A DNA stretch of 56,276 bases, counting the filler, from Sphacelaria rigidula (lineage: Eukaryota), in assembly GCA_964200075.2 (NCBI GenBank). It is 7 parts of 7 records of this genome, joined end to end, with 100 filler letters (N's around TTAATTAATTAA, not from the genome) between each part and the next. Parts side by side here need not be neighbours in the genome. Positions count along the whole stretch, not along the records: positions 32,217 to 40,170 come from CAXNAA020012860.1; positions 40,271 to 48,223 come from CAXNAA020012861.1; positions 48,324 to 56,276 come from CAXNAA020012862.1; 4 more parts are not named here. One strand, 5' to 3'. The translations under genes and the position numbers were made by a program. The notes under the pieces are model-generated. The model searched no databases. It saw nothing but the letters and a program-made list of their open reading frames with translations, and was not told the origin of the DNA. Below are positions 36,760-49,044 of the stretch, piece after piece; position 1 is the stretch's first letter; each line of letters starts with the position of its first letter.

Positions 36760-38294
36760 TCACACGTGTTTGTGAATTATGCACGCTCCCAACATTTCCC
36801 TGGCAGACATTTTACGGTGGAATTCTTGGTCGGAGAGCGATTGGAGCATCTGAAGAAGAGCCATCTTGCTCTCGAAGCAGACGAGTTAATCCCGGCGGAG
36901 GTGATGCTCAACATCTACGGAAAGGAGCGGGAACATCAGGTACAGTTCCCATGGCGTTGAACGAGACCCTTTGCGGCTCGTCGTGAAGTAGGAATGGGTG
37001 ATACCGTTCTTGAAAGACTGACAAACGGTCGCGGGGAATTCAAACCCATGACGCGGAGAAAAAGAATACTATACGCAGTATCCTTTTTCGGACACTCTCG
37101 TATTTTGTACAGGGAGTAATACATCGATATATACTCCGTATATAGATGAGCACACACATGGCCACCCATATGACCACTTGCCTGCAGACTGCTTTTGCAT
37201 CCACGTGTTGCTCGTAAGACAGACGCCTCGTCCACCAACACCGGCCCGCGCGCCTGTCATCGTGTGGTTTCGTTATCCTTACAGGTGTCTCACATGCTTG
37301 GGGTGAAGCAACCGACGGCGGACGTGGCTGCAGTTTTGCTCCGGTACGGAGTGGCGGCCCAGCACTTCTGCTATGCGAGATTCCTCAAGCTCACGAGGTC
37401 AGCCAGTCGCTTCGGTATACGACATGATGGTTGCTGTAGGGCATTTTCGAGATAACGTGATTTTTCGTTGGAGCTTTTGACCGCCTGGCTGTGAAGAGAC
37501 TGAGCCATCTTTCCTCTGCAAAAGCGGTCGAATTCCAAGGAAAGTCCCAGATCGACACAGGTGGACTCGAATGGGCTTCTTTCGTCATGATATGATTAAC
37601 GCAAATGTTCAGCGATATTGTGTTGGGTTGGCGGAGAAAGGGTGTCCCGTCGATTCCATGGGCTGGTGACACCCAGAATTGTACCCTCAACCCGACTTCG
37701 TTCGCCTCTTGAGGCCATCCATGTATGTCCTCAACACTCGGTGAAACTATGGAATTCGCGGCATCACTTATGATAAGCATTACTGAGAATTCGAGGGGCG
37801 AAGACATCGTCCGGCGATGTCATTTAATTCTTGCTCCCCGCACGGATATTTTCCCGATAGGCGACGTCAAATTTCGCATATGATGGCGAGAAAGAGTTGA
37901 GACGAGTGTTTGTTGCTTCGTGGGACACGTGTGTAATTCTGTTCGTCCATCTCATCAGGAACCCTAAGGCGACCGCAGCATTCGCCGCTTCCTCGGCCGT
38001 GGCAGAGGCGGCGAAAAAGCCTTCCAACTCCTCTTCCTCGTCATCCGCCACAACCACGAAAACAACTACCAATTCTGGTGCCGTGGGTGGAGCATCTTCC
38101 ACCTCCAGTAGTACAGACACCCGTTCTATCGGCGGATCATCTTCCAATTCGCGTTCCGTCGACGGGTCATCCTCAACTTCTTCAACGGGTGGCAAGTAGT
38201 ATTGTTCAACGTTTACCGCACGTATTCCAGTCGGTGCTGTAGTTGGCTCACTCATCGTTTTTCCCGGACGAAGCTCGTGAACAAGAAAAGCCAT
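36760..38294 (-). pseudogene. Fragmented coding-like region of unknown identity
   Basis: Successive same-strand protein-like frames: acidic ORF 37824..38294, ORF 37391..37807, a frame ending LLHPKH|GTGAGA, and about 37050-36770 (HGFEFPATVCQSFKNG...RRD*LVCFESKMALLQMLQSL) with an internal stop. Confidence 0.35.
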
Positions 38295-38416
38295 TTAGCG
38301 TGTTTATGATGAGCCTGTCAAGGATGAGGCAGTGCCATACTCGAAAGAGTTTTGGACGGGGTACGTGAGAACAAGCGTCAACGGGCATCAGCTCGAGGTG
38401 CAGGCCTTGCGTTCTT

Positions 38417-38532
38417 CATACCCTGGACAATAGAATACACGGTCGAAAAATGTACTGCGTACAGTATGGAATCCATTGTCTATACTGTACGCAGTACATT
38501 TTTCGACCGTGTATTATATTGTCCAGGGTATG
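38417..38532. repeat. Near-perfect ~116-nt hairpin (~54-bp arms)
   Basis: CATACCCTGGACAATAGAATACACGGTCGAAAAATGTACTGCGTACAGTAT is mirrored with only 1-2 mismatches. Confidence 0.93.
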
Positions 38533-40170
38533 GCGCTCTTGCATAGTCCCCAGCACTTCGCAACGTGTACGCGGTTCGATGTTTCGTTAACTCTATGTGT
38601 TCTTGGAGCGAAAATGGCTGTTCTATCGCCATAACCGTACTTTCTTGATCCCCTTGCTCATGTTTCGTTCGTCAACACGCCTGGCTGGTTCCCTACTCAG
38701 CCCGCTACGTTGTTGTATAGTGGGGGTCGCTTCATAGTGTGGTGGGTTACCAACCTCTCATGGCCGCTCTGTTGAGGGACCCTGTGCTGTACTAGCATAG
38801 TGCAATTACTTGATATCAGTATAGTGATTCGGAGTTGTGACGGGCGATTTTGAACGCGCTGTCGTGGAACCCGACTGTATACCCTGGTTCGTGGTGTGTT
38901 GTTTGTTGCCACAAATGCGGCGAGGAAGTTGAGTAAGAGCACAGCAGCTAGAGTTTTCGCTTCTACAACATTTTTCCAATGACGAGTCTGCGTATTGAGA
39001 CCCAGCGATGCCGGGCGTGTGTCCAACTTACTGTACCCTTCATGTGACGGACATACATGAATACCGCACCTGTGTCGCAAGTCAAAATATTTTAGCCCAG
39101 GACGACCTCGGGCGCACTTGGAGTGTGCTCTTCGCTTCTTGACTTTTAGAGGGCCCCGGCTCATCACCGCCTGCAGTTTTACGTCGTTCAGAGCAAAGTA
39201 TAATAGCGAAACGTGTTTTGGGCGGTCGGATGGGGACGGTTGCTCGTTGCGTTCGGCGTTGGAATCAGCGAGTGGTGTTGTGAGCAAGAGCGAGGGGGAA
39301 CCGGTTACGTTGGGCATTGTACTCTTGCCTTTGGCAAGATCCCGCGGGCGTGGCAGAGACCTGCACAGCGTTTAGAAAACATGGTAATGAGAACCGACGA
39401 AAGTCGTAGAATCATTCGTCGGCGCACAGGCATCCCTTGGATATGCCAGAGAACGAGCCTCGCTGTGCGTAACGGCGGTTTGTTATGTGTTTCGTGTTGA
39501 TGTGTCTCATGTCGAGATGTTGCGTGTCTCGAGATGTCACGCGTCGCTTATCCGCGCGAGAGAACTCATTCTGTTGCACTGGTGGTGGGTTGGGTAGCTC
39601 CATGTCCTACCTTCATTTCTACACGACGCCCTTGCACGTTGCACACCCACCTCACTCCACGGGTTCGTTGTTGAAGCTATCTATTATCTCCGTGATAGCG
39701 CAGCAGGGAAACCCGACAAACAAGATGAGGTCGTTTATTGATGTGCAGGTGATCCACATCTGTTTTCGCTAGATAGTTATCAGTCGATACCGCGGTCACT
39801 GCTGTCGAGGGGCAAATGCGCCACTCAAGGCGACCTGGAGCGACTTTCGGGGGGGTATTCACGCGGAGTTCGCTCGCCAACACGGCACGGCAGTAGAGCC
39901 ACATCGACAAAATCTGCTAGTTGACCTTGCACATTTTTGATACGTCCGAGTCCACGGAATTTGAAACCACATGGTTCCCTCTCGCTCATTAATCCTTTGT
40001 GGACCGGACCCCTACTAACACAGGGTTGACCGTGTGTTGGTGGAATAATAAAAACAAGTCTCGGAGCGACCTGCCCAATCACAGCGAGGCGAAATTTATC
40101 GACCAGACCCGAAAGACCAGCGCGGGGATTGTTGTCGAGTGTGATGCCACTGCAAAGATCGTATGGGGGC

Positions 40171-40270
40171 NNNNNNNNNNNNNNNNNNNNNNNNNNNNNN
40201 NNNNNNNNNNNNNNTTAATTAATTAANNNNNNNNNNNNNNNNNNNNNNNNNNNNNNNNNNNNNNNNNNNN
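40171..40270. other. Artificial contig spacer
   Basis: N44-TTAATTAATTAA-N44. Confidence 0.99.
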
Positions 40271-40330
40271 CCCCCTACTCAACCATCAGAAGGTTACGAG
40301 ATTACCAACTGATCCACCGGGGCGACCAGT
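40271..40330 (-). mobile_element. tRNA-derived SINE head, truncated by contig start
   Basis: Reverse strand GTCGCCCCGGTGGATCAGTTGGTAATCTCGTAACCTTCTGATGGTTGAGTAGGGGG. Confidence 0.72.
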
Positions 40331-43042
40331 TCAAGCCACGATTCATACTCGTGTTCGTCCGACGTGTGAAAACTTGACCGTCTTCTTTCATCGTAGGGTC
40401 TAGGGTTAGAACGGCGTGGTAAGGTACCCAACCCCCTCGCGGACGCGGTCATGGACACAATGCATGTACAAAGCTGCGCGTTGTCTGAGTCCTTTTCACG
40501 TCGCATTGTGGGCAGAGAGAACAGATGATGCTGCCGTGGAGGTTGTGCATGCTGCCCGCTCCTCTCTCACATCCTGTTGCACGAAACATGCAGACACGAA
40601 CTCAATATACACTGCATTCAAACAGCCCAGACAGTACGGACTGTCTGTATTGTTCACAAACAACCATAAACCGCTTCACGAATTTCACCGTCCTTTTCTG
40701 ATATAAAGCTTGAAAATTCGCTGCGACCCAAATCGAGTTACGAGATCGAATTTCGCTAAAATTACTTGTAATCGCTCTTTTTTTCGATGGAAAAATGCTG
40801 CAAGACACTTACTCAGCACGTTATGCCGTCGGTGCGCGAACTGCCATAGACGCCTCCGTCAAAGCGTGTTCTCGATGTCGAGACGGCCACCAAGTGCGTC
40901 GATCCTATGCTTGAACGCGGTGCGGAAATTACGAAATATAATGATTTCAACGGTTTGGTGATTGCGGCGTTTTCTACATGTATTTTCTGTCGGAAGCCCT
41001 AGTGAGAGCTCCTAATACCCGTGTACAGTACTGCCATCGCATGTGAAAGTACTCGTATCTTGAAGTAGAGCTGCGCGATCGGGCCATGTTTTTGTCGAAA
41101 CAACTGATATCGGAATGGAGTTGGGAGCTCACATGCACAAAGTAAAGAAGACAAACCTTGGGGATGGAATCCACATTTCGTCCATATAACTGGTGATAAA
41201 AGTCTCATGACACCAGCAGGGCGCGGCAGCAGTATTGTGCTACGATACGGGTAGTTTTCTGTCGAACCGCGGGTTCGCCTTCAAATATTATCTCGTCTTC
41301 GCCGTTTTGTGCTATGGTATGAACACTACCTCATGCCTCCGTACTTCAGCGCCCATCTCCCACACCAAATTATGTTCATTCCTGCCAATCCGGCGACAGA
41401 ATGTCGTGGCTGGCGCACGTTGTGCGTGCGCCGCTGTAATGCACTCTGCATCCGCGCCACACCTTCGGCGATGCACACGATACTCGCGCTGTTTTCTTTC
41501 TCTTTGTCTTTAATTTTCATTGCGCTCACCGTGTCCGTGCCGCGCCCGTCACCTCTAACCCTTGACTCCCTGTGCAGGCGGCCTTCAGGCCAAGGAAATC
41601 GCTCGGAGAACATGGACGGAGGGTGCAGATACCTCGGCGGGACTGTTTCACCGCGGCATGCCACGCCCTGTGGGTCGAGGATGGAGAGATTCCGTCGGCG
41701 GTAGGCGAGGCTTTTGCCTGGCTGCGGGAAGGGGGTCGTGTGGATTTGTCAGGCGTCTACGGAAAACCTCCACGCTGTCGGTGTGAAGGATGAACAACTC
41801 CGTGATAAATGGACGGAGGGGGGGACGGGAAGTTAAACCTCACTTTTAATCCACGATAGTCTGCCCCGCTGGAAGTTGGGGTGACGGTTCCTACCCGCCC
41901 GTCACGACAAATTTTACATCCTTCTGTGGTCGTGGTGAATTCTCGTCTTCACGAGTCGGCGCCGACGTGTTGTGGTGTTGGGGGCGGCAGCGAACCGTGA
42001 GGACGGCTGCTGTCGGGGTTTGCGGATGTGTTGCGCTCCATGCCGGAGTATGGATTCGTGTGCTAAATTCGGCGCACATCGCACAAATGGTATCCCTGTT
42101 TGGTCCACTGAGTCGCAGACTTGGGCCGTGGGTTCTGGGTACGAGGCGCCTCGTATTGCGTGGTTCAGTTGTCCTCTGTGGCGCGGTGTTCGGCGGGCTG
42201 ATTTGTTTTTGTCCTCCTTCTCGGCTTTCTTCGTACTTTTGTAGCCTTCCTCTGTGTGTGTTTTTTGTTGTCGGTGTCTGTGATTGAAAGTATAGTATCT
42301 CGGTCTCTTGGGGGCTGGGGGTGTGTCGTTTATACCTGTGGTGGTGAGGTCTACACATACGCTTCGCCTGTGGTCGTTTGGGTTTTCGGTCTTGTGTTTT
42401 GTTTTAATTTTTGCCATAGGACTCGGGTTTCGGTTCACGACGATACGCGCCGAAGCGACGGCGCAGAGACCGTTTGTTTAACGACGACGTTTTTGCGTTG
42501 CCTCTGCTCAATCCTTGAAGGACCTGTGCGAATATTTCAGTAGCAGTCGTTCCACGGTCCGACCTTTTTCATTTGTGCACTTTTGACATCCGAGTGTTCC
42601 CGTACCGTGCTTTGCTGCGGCACGCACGCAGGGTCACGGTCTCTCCACCCGGCGGTTACTCCGCCGACGGGCGAGTGATCCTGGCGCGTGTTCATATGTT
42701 TTCTTAGATCGGCTTCTGTGACCTCCAACATGACGGGGGTTCAAGTGGTTGGCGAGCGTCCGTCTCGCCTTCGAAGCTCTCCACTCATCGACTGGAGAGA
42801 ACCGGATGCCTTGTGCCCGGTGGGCGACTCTCAGACGTGGACGATGCGGATCATTTTCGGGTATGCATCGATGGGGCTTCGTGTGCCGGCTTGTTGTCGG
42901 CTGTGCATTATTCTCGTGTCGGTGCAATCCGGCGCCATATTACCACAGCCGTGGGAGGTACCTCTCATGAAAAATGCCCCGCCCCTCCCGGATGACTGAA
43001 GCAAGCAAAAAATAAGGACGCCCCTCCCCCTCTCCCCGGCGA

Positions 43043-43086
43043 GTGGTCAATGGTCAAACGACTAAGGCAAGCAACTAATGAGTACG
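43043..43086 (+). repeat. Fragment of repeat family F between C-rich direct repeats
   Basis: GTGGTCAATGGTCAAACGACTAAGGCAAGCAAC is identical to the 30104 copy; flanked by two ACGCCCC(C)TCCCCCT(CT)CCCCGGCGAG repeats. Confidence 0.7.
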
Positions 43087-43196
43087 CCCCTCCCCCTCCC
43101 CGGCGAGGGGTCCCTCGCCGTAATTGGCAGACTTGCTTTCATCCTACATCATAATTCGCCCGCTGTGGTCAAGGTCTCTAATCCAACGAAAAATTA

Positions 43197-43454
43197 CAAG
43201 GGTCGGACGAATGAACGATTCGTCTGGATATTACTTGGTTTTAGTGTAATTGATTCGTACCGTACGAATCTATCCCTAGGCTCTTTTTTCAGCGTCGCAA
43301 CCCAGGTGCGCGCTGCCCAGGCACGTGGAATGACGCAAAATTTGCGTGGAGACCTTTTGGAGCCGCGGTCAAGATTTTTCTCTCTTCCGAGCAGTCAGGC
43401 CTGCAAAAGCGTGGATTCGGTGATTCGAACTGGCGATAATTCGTCCGAACCGTG
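43197..43454 (+). mobile_element. hAT-type MITE family H
   Basis: TIRs CAAGGGTCGGACGAAT / ATTCGTCCGAACCGTG; perfect 8-bp TSD AAAAATTA (43189-43196, 43455-43462). Confidence 0.93.
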
Positions 43455-45156
43455 AAAAATTATGGTGATAGTGTTAGCCATCTTGCCGGCAGAAATAATT
43501 GCATATTTGCACTGAATCAAACGTTCATAGCGAAAAGCAGATTCGAGCAAATTAGAGTCGCGGAGACCACCCCGTTCTATTTCAGCAGTATCAGTAACAG
43601 AGAACAGGAGGTTTGAAAATTTGCGGGAGCAGGTACTATTGAGGATGGGTCCTGAGAACCTGCATAACAATCGCAATAATTATGAACTACAGGTGCTAAT
43701 GCACGCTGCGGTTGTGATATGGCGATATTTTGGTCTTGAAAGTGAAAGCGCCATTCGCTATTTCTAAATTCCCCCTCTACTCGGAGGTTATGAACGTCAG
43801 GGTGGATGGAGAATTCCTTTCGGGAAATGAACGGATGTCGAAATTATTCGGAATTAGAAGAGGTATCTTAAACTCCAGGTTCGTGGTATATTTCACAGTA
43901 ATTTACGTTCAAATATACCGGGAACCTCGAGTTTGAGATACTGGACCTCTGGAACGTGGGTTTACATATTCCTGGTCGCTCTTTTCAACTAATTGACGCC
44001 ACGCACGACGGTCGGCGAATGGACTTTCATTCGTCCTGAAAATCTCGGCGCCTGCGAGGAAGAGTAGAACAATGTACTGCCCGTGACTCAAGGCCAGCGG
44101 ATCGTGTCTCATACTGAGAATTCTCAGTACCAATCGCCCAATTGACATTGCGCCGATGACCGCGACACGTGCTGGACTCAATGCCGGCGGATCATGTTGC
44201 CCAAGTGAAGCTACGCCGATGAGCGCGGCACGTGCTGTAAGCGTGTACGCAGCTGCAGTCATGGTGCAAAACCACACACACACGCTGCGTACCCTCAACA
44301 CGTGCAAAACTCTAAGATCTAAAGCGCTGTAGACGGTACGTGGAGCTGCGGCACAAAACACGACTGCTGCTGCTGCGCACAGTTACGCAGCGTAATGTAA
44401 TAATAGCAGTTCTTCAGATTCCACACCACTACTGCACTGTCTGCAGGCGCCTGTGTGATGACTCTCACAGCTATGTGCCTCATATTCACCCCCGGACCCT
44501 TCTGCCGTAGAATAGGCGTTTCGGTTTGTGTCAAAGGAATGATTCTGAACCCAAAAAGTGGAGAGTCTTACTCAGTCTTCCAGCGGGGGATCGCTGTCTA
44601 AGGGTTAAAGACTAATTCGTCGAGAAACCTTGCCACTCATAAAATCTTGTCCATATCTGTGGGCCCAGTGCCGGAAGGGATTACGTTGTCGAAGGGTTTC
44701 GTGTAGTCTGATCCTTGGTGACACCCATAGACAAACGAAACGAGCGCAACGGGTGGTAGAGGGAAGACAACAGCGTACCGTTAAATAAAGCAATGTACTA
44801 CTGTACTGCACTGTGCGTTTTCGATCGGCTTTGTCTCGACCAGTAGACGGGCACTACTAGCGTGGGTCATCGAGTTGCTTTGCCGCAGTTTTGACGGGAA
44901 ATGAATGAACAGACTGGACGGGCGATGCAATGCAGCGGGGACGTGTATGTGTCATGGTGCAGATGACCTCTTGCCTTCGTTCCCCAACCAACCGGGCGGC
45001 CCATTCACGTCGTTACTGATCGATTGGGCGGATCATTTCCATTTCATTGGCTGGTGGGATTTTCCGACAGGAAGATCCTATCGTACACATGTTTTTTCAA
45101 ATCCCACGGGGATATGTTTTGGCCTTGATTACTAAATGTGTGCGCGTTTTATGCCC

Positions 45157-45494
45157 ATAACCCTTTGACAGCGAGAGGAGGTCACCTGCTGAAACGGCAT
45201 CAGCTTTACTTGAAAAAAGTACGGGTGATATGGATCAACTACCCCCATCGTGGTCTAAGGATAAAGAGGTCCATTTCACCCTCACACCGCGAGGGTAGGT
45301 CCCCTGCTGAATCGGCATCAATTTTCACTTCAAAAATGTATGCGCGATCCAGATGGACCACCTGCACCGCGCCCACCGCGGTCTGGGGGTCCACCCTTAG
45401 ACCGCGAGGTTAGTCTTCTGTCGAATCGGCATCAATTTCAAGTGAAAAAAGTATGCACAATCCAGAAGGACTAATCTCGCGGTCCACGGGTTAA
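45157..45494. mobile_element. Three head-to-tail piggyBac-type MITE copies
   Basis: Three ~105-115-bp units, each CCCT..(G/C)AC.GCGAG...GAA(T/A)CGGCATCA...AAAA.GTA; the last ends GGG-TTAA. Confidence 0.85.
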
Positions 45495-45854
45495 CTCAAA
45501 ACCCCCCGAATAAAGCTAAACTTTACACGCGCATGCGGAACTCAAGCCTAACTGTTTCTTACGTGATGAGAAAACGCGTCTTTCGACGTAATATTTTCGG
45601 ATAAGGGCCATCGAAGAATGTCACTGAAGGAACGTTTTGAATCTCGCTGCTCATCAACGCCACATCATTTTCCACCGCACAACAGCACCGATGCTGGCTT
45701 GGCTGCCATCACTGCCGCTATTGCTGTTGTTTGCTGCCAGTCAGCGTGTCGCCACGTCATCTTCGCCCACCAGTAGCGTGGCCGCCCTTGACCCCATGAG
45801 AACAGCAGATGGCGGGGTCGATGACGAATACAGAATACGTGCATGCAGCGAGCT

Positions 45855-46262
45855 GCAACCAGTAGTCGCAATGCAGTACAGACTACTGTTCATGCACCCA
45901 AGTCTGGTAGAGACACGACCGTACTGTACACACAAGATGACGTAGTACTGATACCCTACTGCTTCAGTCAACCCATACCATACAGCACTGTCCGTTGTCC
46001 GTGCTGTCCGTCGGTGGAGACTCGTAGTGCCGTGCAGCGAACGGTTACAGTATCCATTCCGTATAGTGCTGTACAGCAAATTTGTAGCGCACTGGCTGGC
46101 TCTGTGCTTGCAACGTGCTGCTACCACTGGCAGTCGTGATGCAGTATAGACTACTCTTGATGAACCCGAGTCTGGTAGAGGCACGACCGTACTGTACACA
46201 CAAGACGATGCAGTGTTGGTGCCCTAGTATTGCAGTCAACCCACACGATGCAGCACTGTCTT
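45855..46262. repeat. Local duplication (~135-bp block, ~270-bp period)
   Basis: ATGCAGTA.AGACTACT...AGTCTGGTAGAG.CACGACCGTACTGTACACACAAGA occurs twice. Confidence 0.85.
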
Positions 46263-46428
46263 TCTGTGTTGTTGTCGGTGCTGTCCATACTGTACCGTTC
46301 AGGACCAAGGGTACCGTCCAGCGAAAAGACATGAACGTTCTACGGTGACTGAGTAAGTTCAGTGAGGCGGTGCGCATATAAGAAGAGTTTTGCAACGTGC
46401 AGAGCACCATGTAATGCTCAGTCAACAG

Positions 46429-46489
46429 CAGTACAATACCGTACAGTACAGTACAGTACAGTACAGTACAGTACAGTACAGTACAGTAC
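46429..46489. repeat. (CAGTA)n microsatellite
   Basis: Perfect pentamer run at 46441-46489. Confidence 0.97.
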
Positions 46490-47560
46490 GGATCATACAC
46501 CACGACACAACAGCAGAGCTGACTCTCTCACGCGCCCCAGATTTGAAATTTTCCCAGCGCGTCTTGTACAAGACGACGAGAACTGCCTTCAGGATTTTGA
46601 TAACGTCATAACGTGCGCATGACATAGAGGGGTACTTTAAAGCCATCTGTGGAAAAACGTTTGATAATCAGAGAGTGGGTTTTACGATACCGTGTTCATT
46701 TATACTCCAGAGTACGGTAGTAGCGCTCTAATGCTCTTGCTGGCTTCACACATACCTAACGGAACACTGGAGGAGAATCGTAACCACTGCTCATAGTCTC
46801 ACCGTAACAAGCGAATTGAGAGGCACTTCCTTTTCGCCATTGGTTGCCATCGCTTCTCAATGAAGGCAGTAGTAGGCGTGAACAACGGCGAAGTAATGAC
46901 TTTGAACGAGGGACGAAGCCAGGAAGTGCTGCAGACCTTGATTCTCCACTCCGCTGTGGCAATAACTACAATAGATGATAGGCGTGATATTTAGTGACGT
47001 GGGCAAAATCGCGAAACCGTGGGAATAGCGGTTGTTTGTGTCGATTCGATTGTGTCGGTTCGGTTTGATATCGATCTTCTTTTAACTGTGAGGGATGAGG
47101 GAGCACGTGATGTCGGATGATGCTGGAACTCACGGTGAGTCTTGCTTGATCCTTCAGGTGGGTGTCAAGGCAATAATTATCGTTGACTCAAGAAGTTTTG
47201 TACGCTGTGAAGGTTGGAAGAATGATGATGACCATCGCACGCTTCAATCGGAACCGTTTTTCAAGGTCTCATGGGAGCCGCTTTCAACCAACAAGAAAGT
47301 GAGAATGCCCCGCGAGAGTGAGAGTCAGATGGTAGGAGTGATTCTGAAGTTTTCGCAATATTTTCATATCTTCACTGTTGTCCCTTACAATTGGTTGCCC
47401 GTCAGACCCTCTCCTAGGCCGTGTTTCAGACCGTGTCTGGGGGCGTGTCTCAGCTACCTAGTTTTTGATCGAAACTGTACTGTGCGGTGGAAAACAAAAA
47501 TCACGATCTGGTCGCGGTCGTAATTTCAACCACAGTCGTTATTTTTTAAGATAGTTGGAC

Positions 47561-47677
47561 CTCCCCGGTGGCTCAGTTGGTAACCTCGGAACCTTCTAAA
47601 GGTTGAGTAGGGGGGTTCCATTCCCGGAGCGATCTGGAATCTTTTCTCACATCATGCCCAACAGTGGAGAGCGACGA
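47561..47677 (+). mobile_element. tRNA-derived SINE-like element
   Basis: CCCCGGTGGCTCAGTTGGTAA (A-box) ... GGTTCCATTCCC (B-box-like) GGAGCGATCTGG...CAGTGGAGAGCGAC; homologous to 2472-2594. Confidence 0.75.
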
Positions 47678-47946
47678 CAGTTATATCCTCTGTGAACGCC
47701 CCGGGGCGCGCGTCAAAATCCGGTCGTCAGAGGATCGCCCCGGGGTGTTCTCAACGGTAGAGGGGTGATCTTCCGTAGAAAGAAAAACACCCCGGGACTT
47801 TTGGGCCCCGAGCCGCCCGGCTATTTTATTGGGCAAATAGAACACCCCGGGGCGAAAAAGCCCCCGGGGTGTGGGCCTCTTGTAGTTTTTACCTGCACAA
47901 CACCCACAGCACGTCTACGCGGACCTCTCTCGTTTTGGAACCCACG

Positions 47947-48195
47947 ATGTCGGGGCTCAACGCTTTTTACAAGCAAGCTTTCAAGAGGCGCAAAAAGGCT
48001 TGTGATTGGGGGAGCTTGCGTCGTCCGCAGGGTGGTGAGGAGAAGGAGGATGGGGATGACGGCCCCTCCAACAAAAAACAAAAGGGTCTGCTCAAACGAG
48101 TGTACACTGAGCCCAACTTTGCCCTCACGAGAGTCACCGGGCCAAAGGGGCGCTCCTCGGACCAGCAAAGACATGAACAACATGAACAACCATAA
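47947..48195 (+). CDS. Possible exon of an unknown low-complexity protein
   Basis: Protein-like frame MSGLNAFYKQAFKRRKKACDWGSLRRPQGGEEKEDGDDGPSNKKQKGLLKRVYTEPNF leading into (AAC)n; boundaries uncertain. Confidence 0.35.
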   Translation: MSGLNAFYKQAFKRRKKACDWGSLRRPQGGEEKEDGDDGPSNKKQKGLLKRVYTEPNFALTRVTGPKGRSSDQQRHEQHEQP

Positions 48196-48223
48196 CAACA
48201 ACAACAACAACTACGGGATCAAC

Positions 48224-48323
48224 NNNNNNNNNNNNNNNNNNNNNNNNNNNNNNNNNNNNNNNNNNNNTTAATTAATTAANNNNNNNNNNNNNNNNNNNNN
48301 NNNNNNNNNNNNNNNNNNNNNNN
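48224..48323. other. Artificial contig spacer
   Basis: N44-TTAATTAATTAA-N44. Confidence 0.99.
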
Positions 48324-49044
48324 GTGACTGGCCATTTTTCGTCCCTTTCTTGGGCAAAAAACGAGAAGGTATACCTTTTCTAGTCCATTGCTAAGAAAAT
48401 TACATATGTACAAGGTCCCTCGCCGGCCTTCGGCCGGCAGCGGTACCGTTATTAGCGGGTCACGGCTGACGCGTTATCAACAGCCAAGCCCTCGGTTTTT
48501 GTTGTGTAACATGATAGTTCGAGAAGGATAAAAGGTTCGGCGCTGGTTTTGGCAGGAGGGTTGGCGGGGAGATGACCGTTACTGTGTGATTGTAAAAAAT
48601 GAATAGTGTGAGGAATGGTATCGAGTGCACCGTGATAAACTTAGACCCGAGTTTAAGCGTCGGCGGTACATTTTCTCATGTAATTTGTGTCGAAGCATTA
48701 TAATAAAGGACAACGCCGCATGACAAAAAACAAACACGATTTGTGGTGTCGGAAGGCAGTGTTCTAAAAGAGCAACGCTGAAAGGAGGGGGGGGAATGCC
48801 GAGCAAGGACTCGAACTCGACTCCTGGTGTAAAGGAAAAGTGTTTTACCCAGGGAGTATGAGCAGGAGAAAAAGGCGCCTAGTCGTGGAAAGAGCATGTG
48901 GTAATATACACTGTATCATTACGGTTTCATGCCCGACCAACGACTTCAATTTCTATTTGAAACGCTTAGAAACGCAAACCTGTTTTTCTTAGAGTTAGCG
49001 TGCTTTTCGATGACCGTGCCAGTGCACGATGGATCGGCACCATC

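Noticed and set aside
41572..42999. GC-rich overlapping ORFs as a LINE or gene remnant
   Set aside because: No RT, endonuclease or other motif was recognised and no consistent splice chain was found.
45691..45945. Signal-peptide-like ORF MLAWLPSLPLLLLFAASQ
   Set aside because: The hydrophobic run derives from GCT/GTT-type simple sequence, there is no convincing donor, and the frame runs into a local duplication.
47561..47635. Amber-suppressor tRNA (loop TTCTAAA, anticodon CTA)
   Set aside because: The T-arm is not canonical, the other copies have CTG at this position, and a shared non-tRNA tail follows; it is a SINE head.
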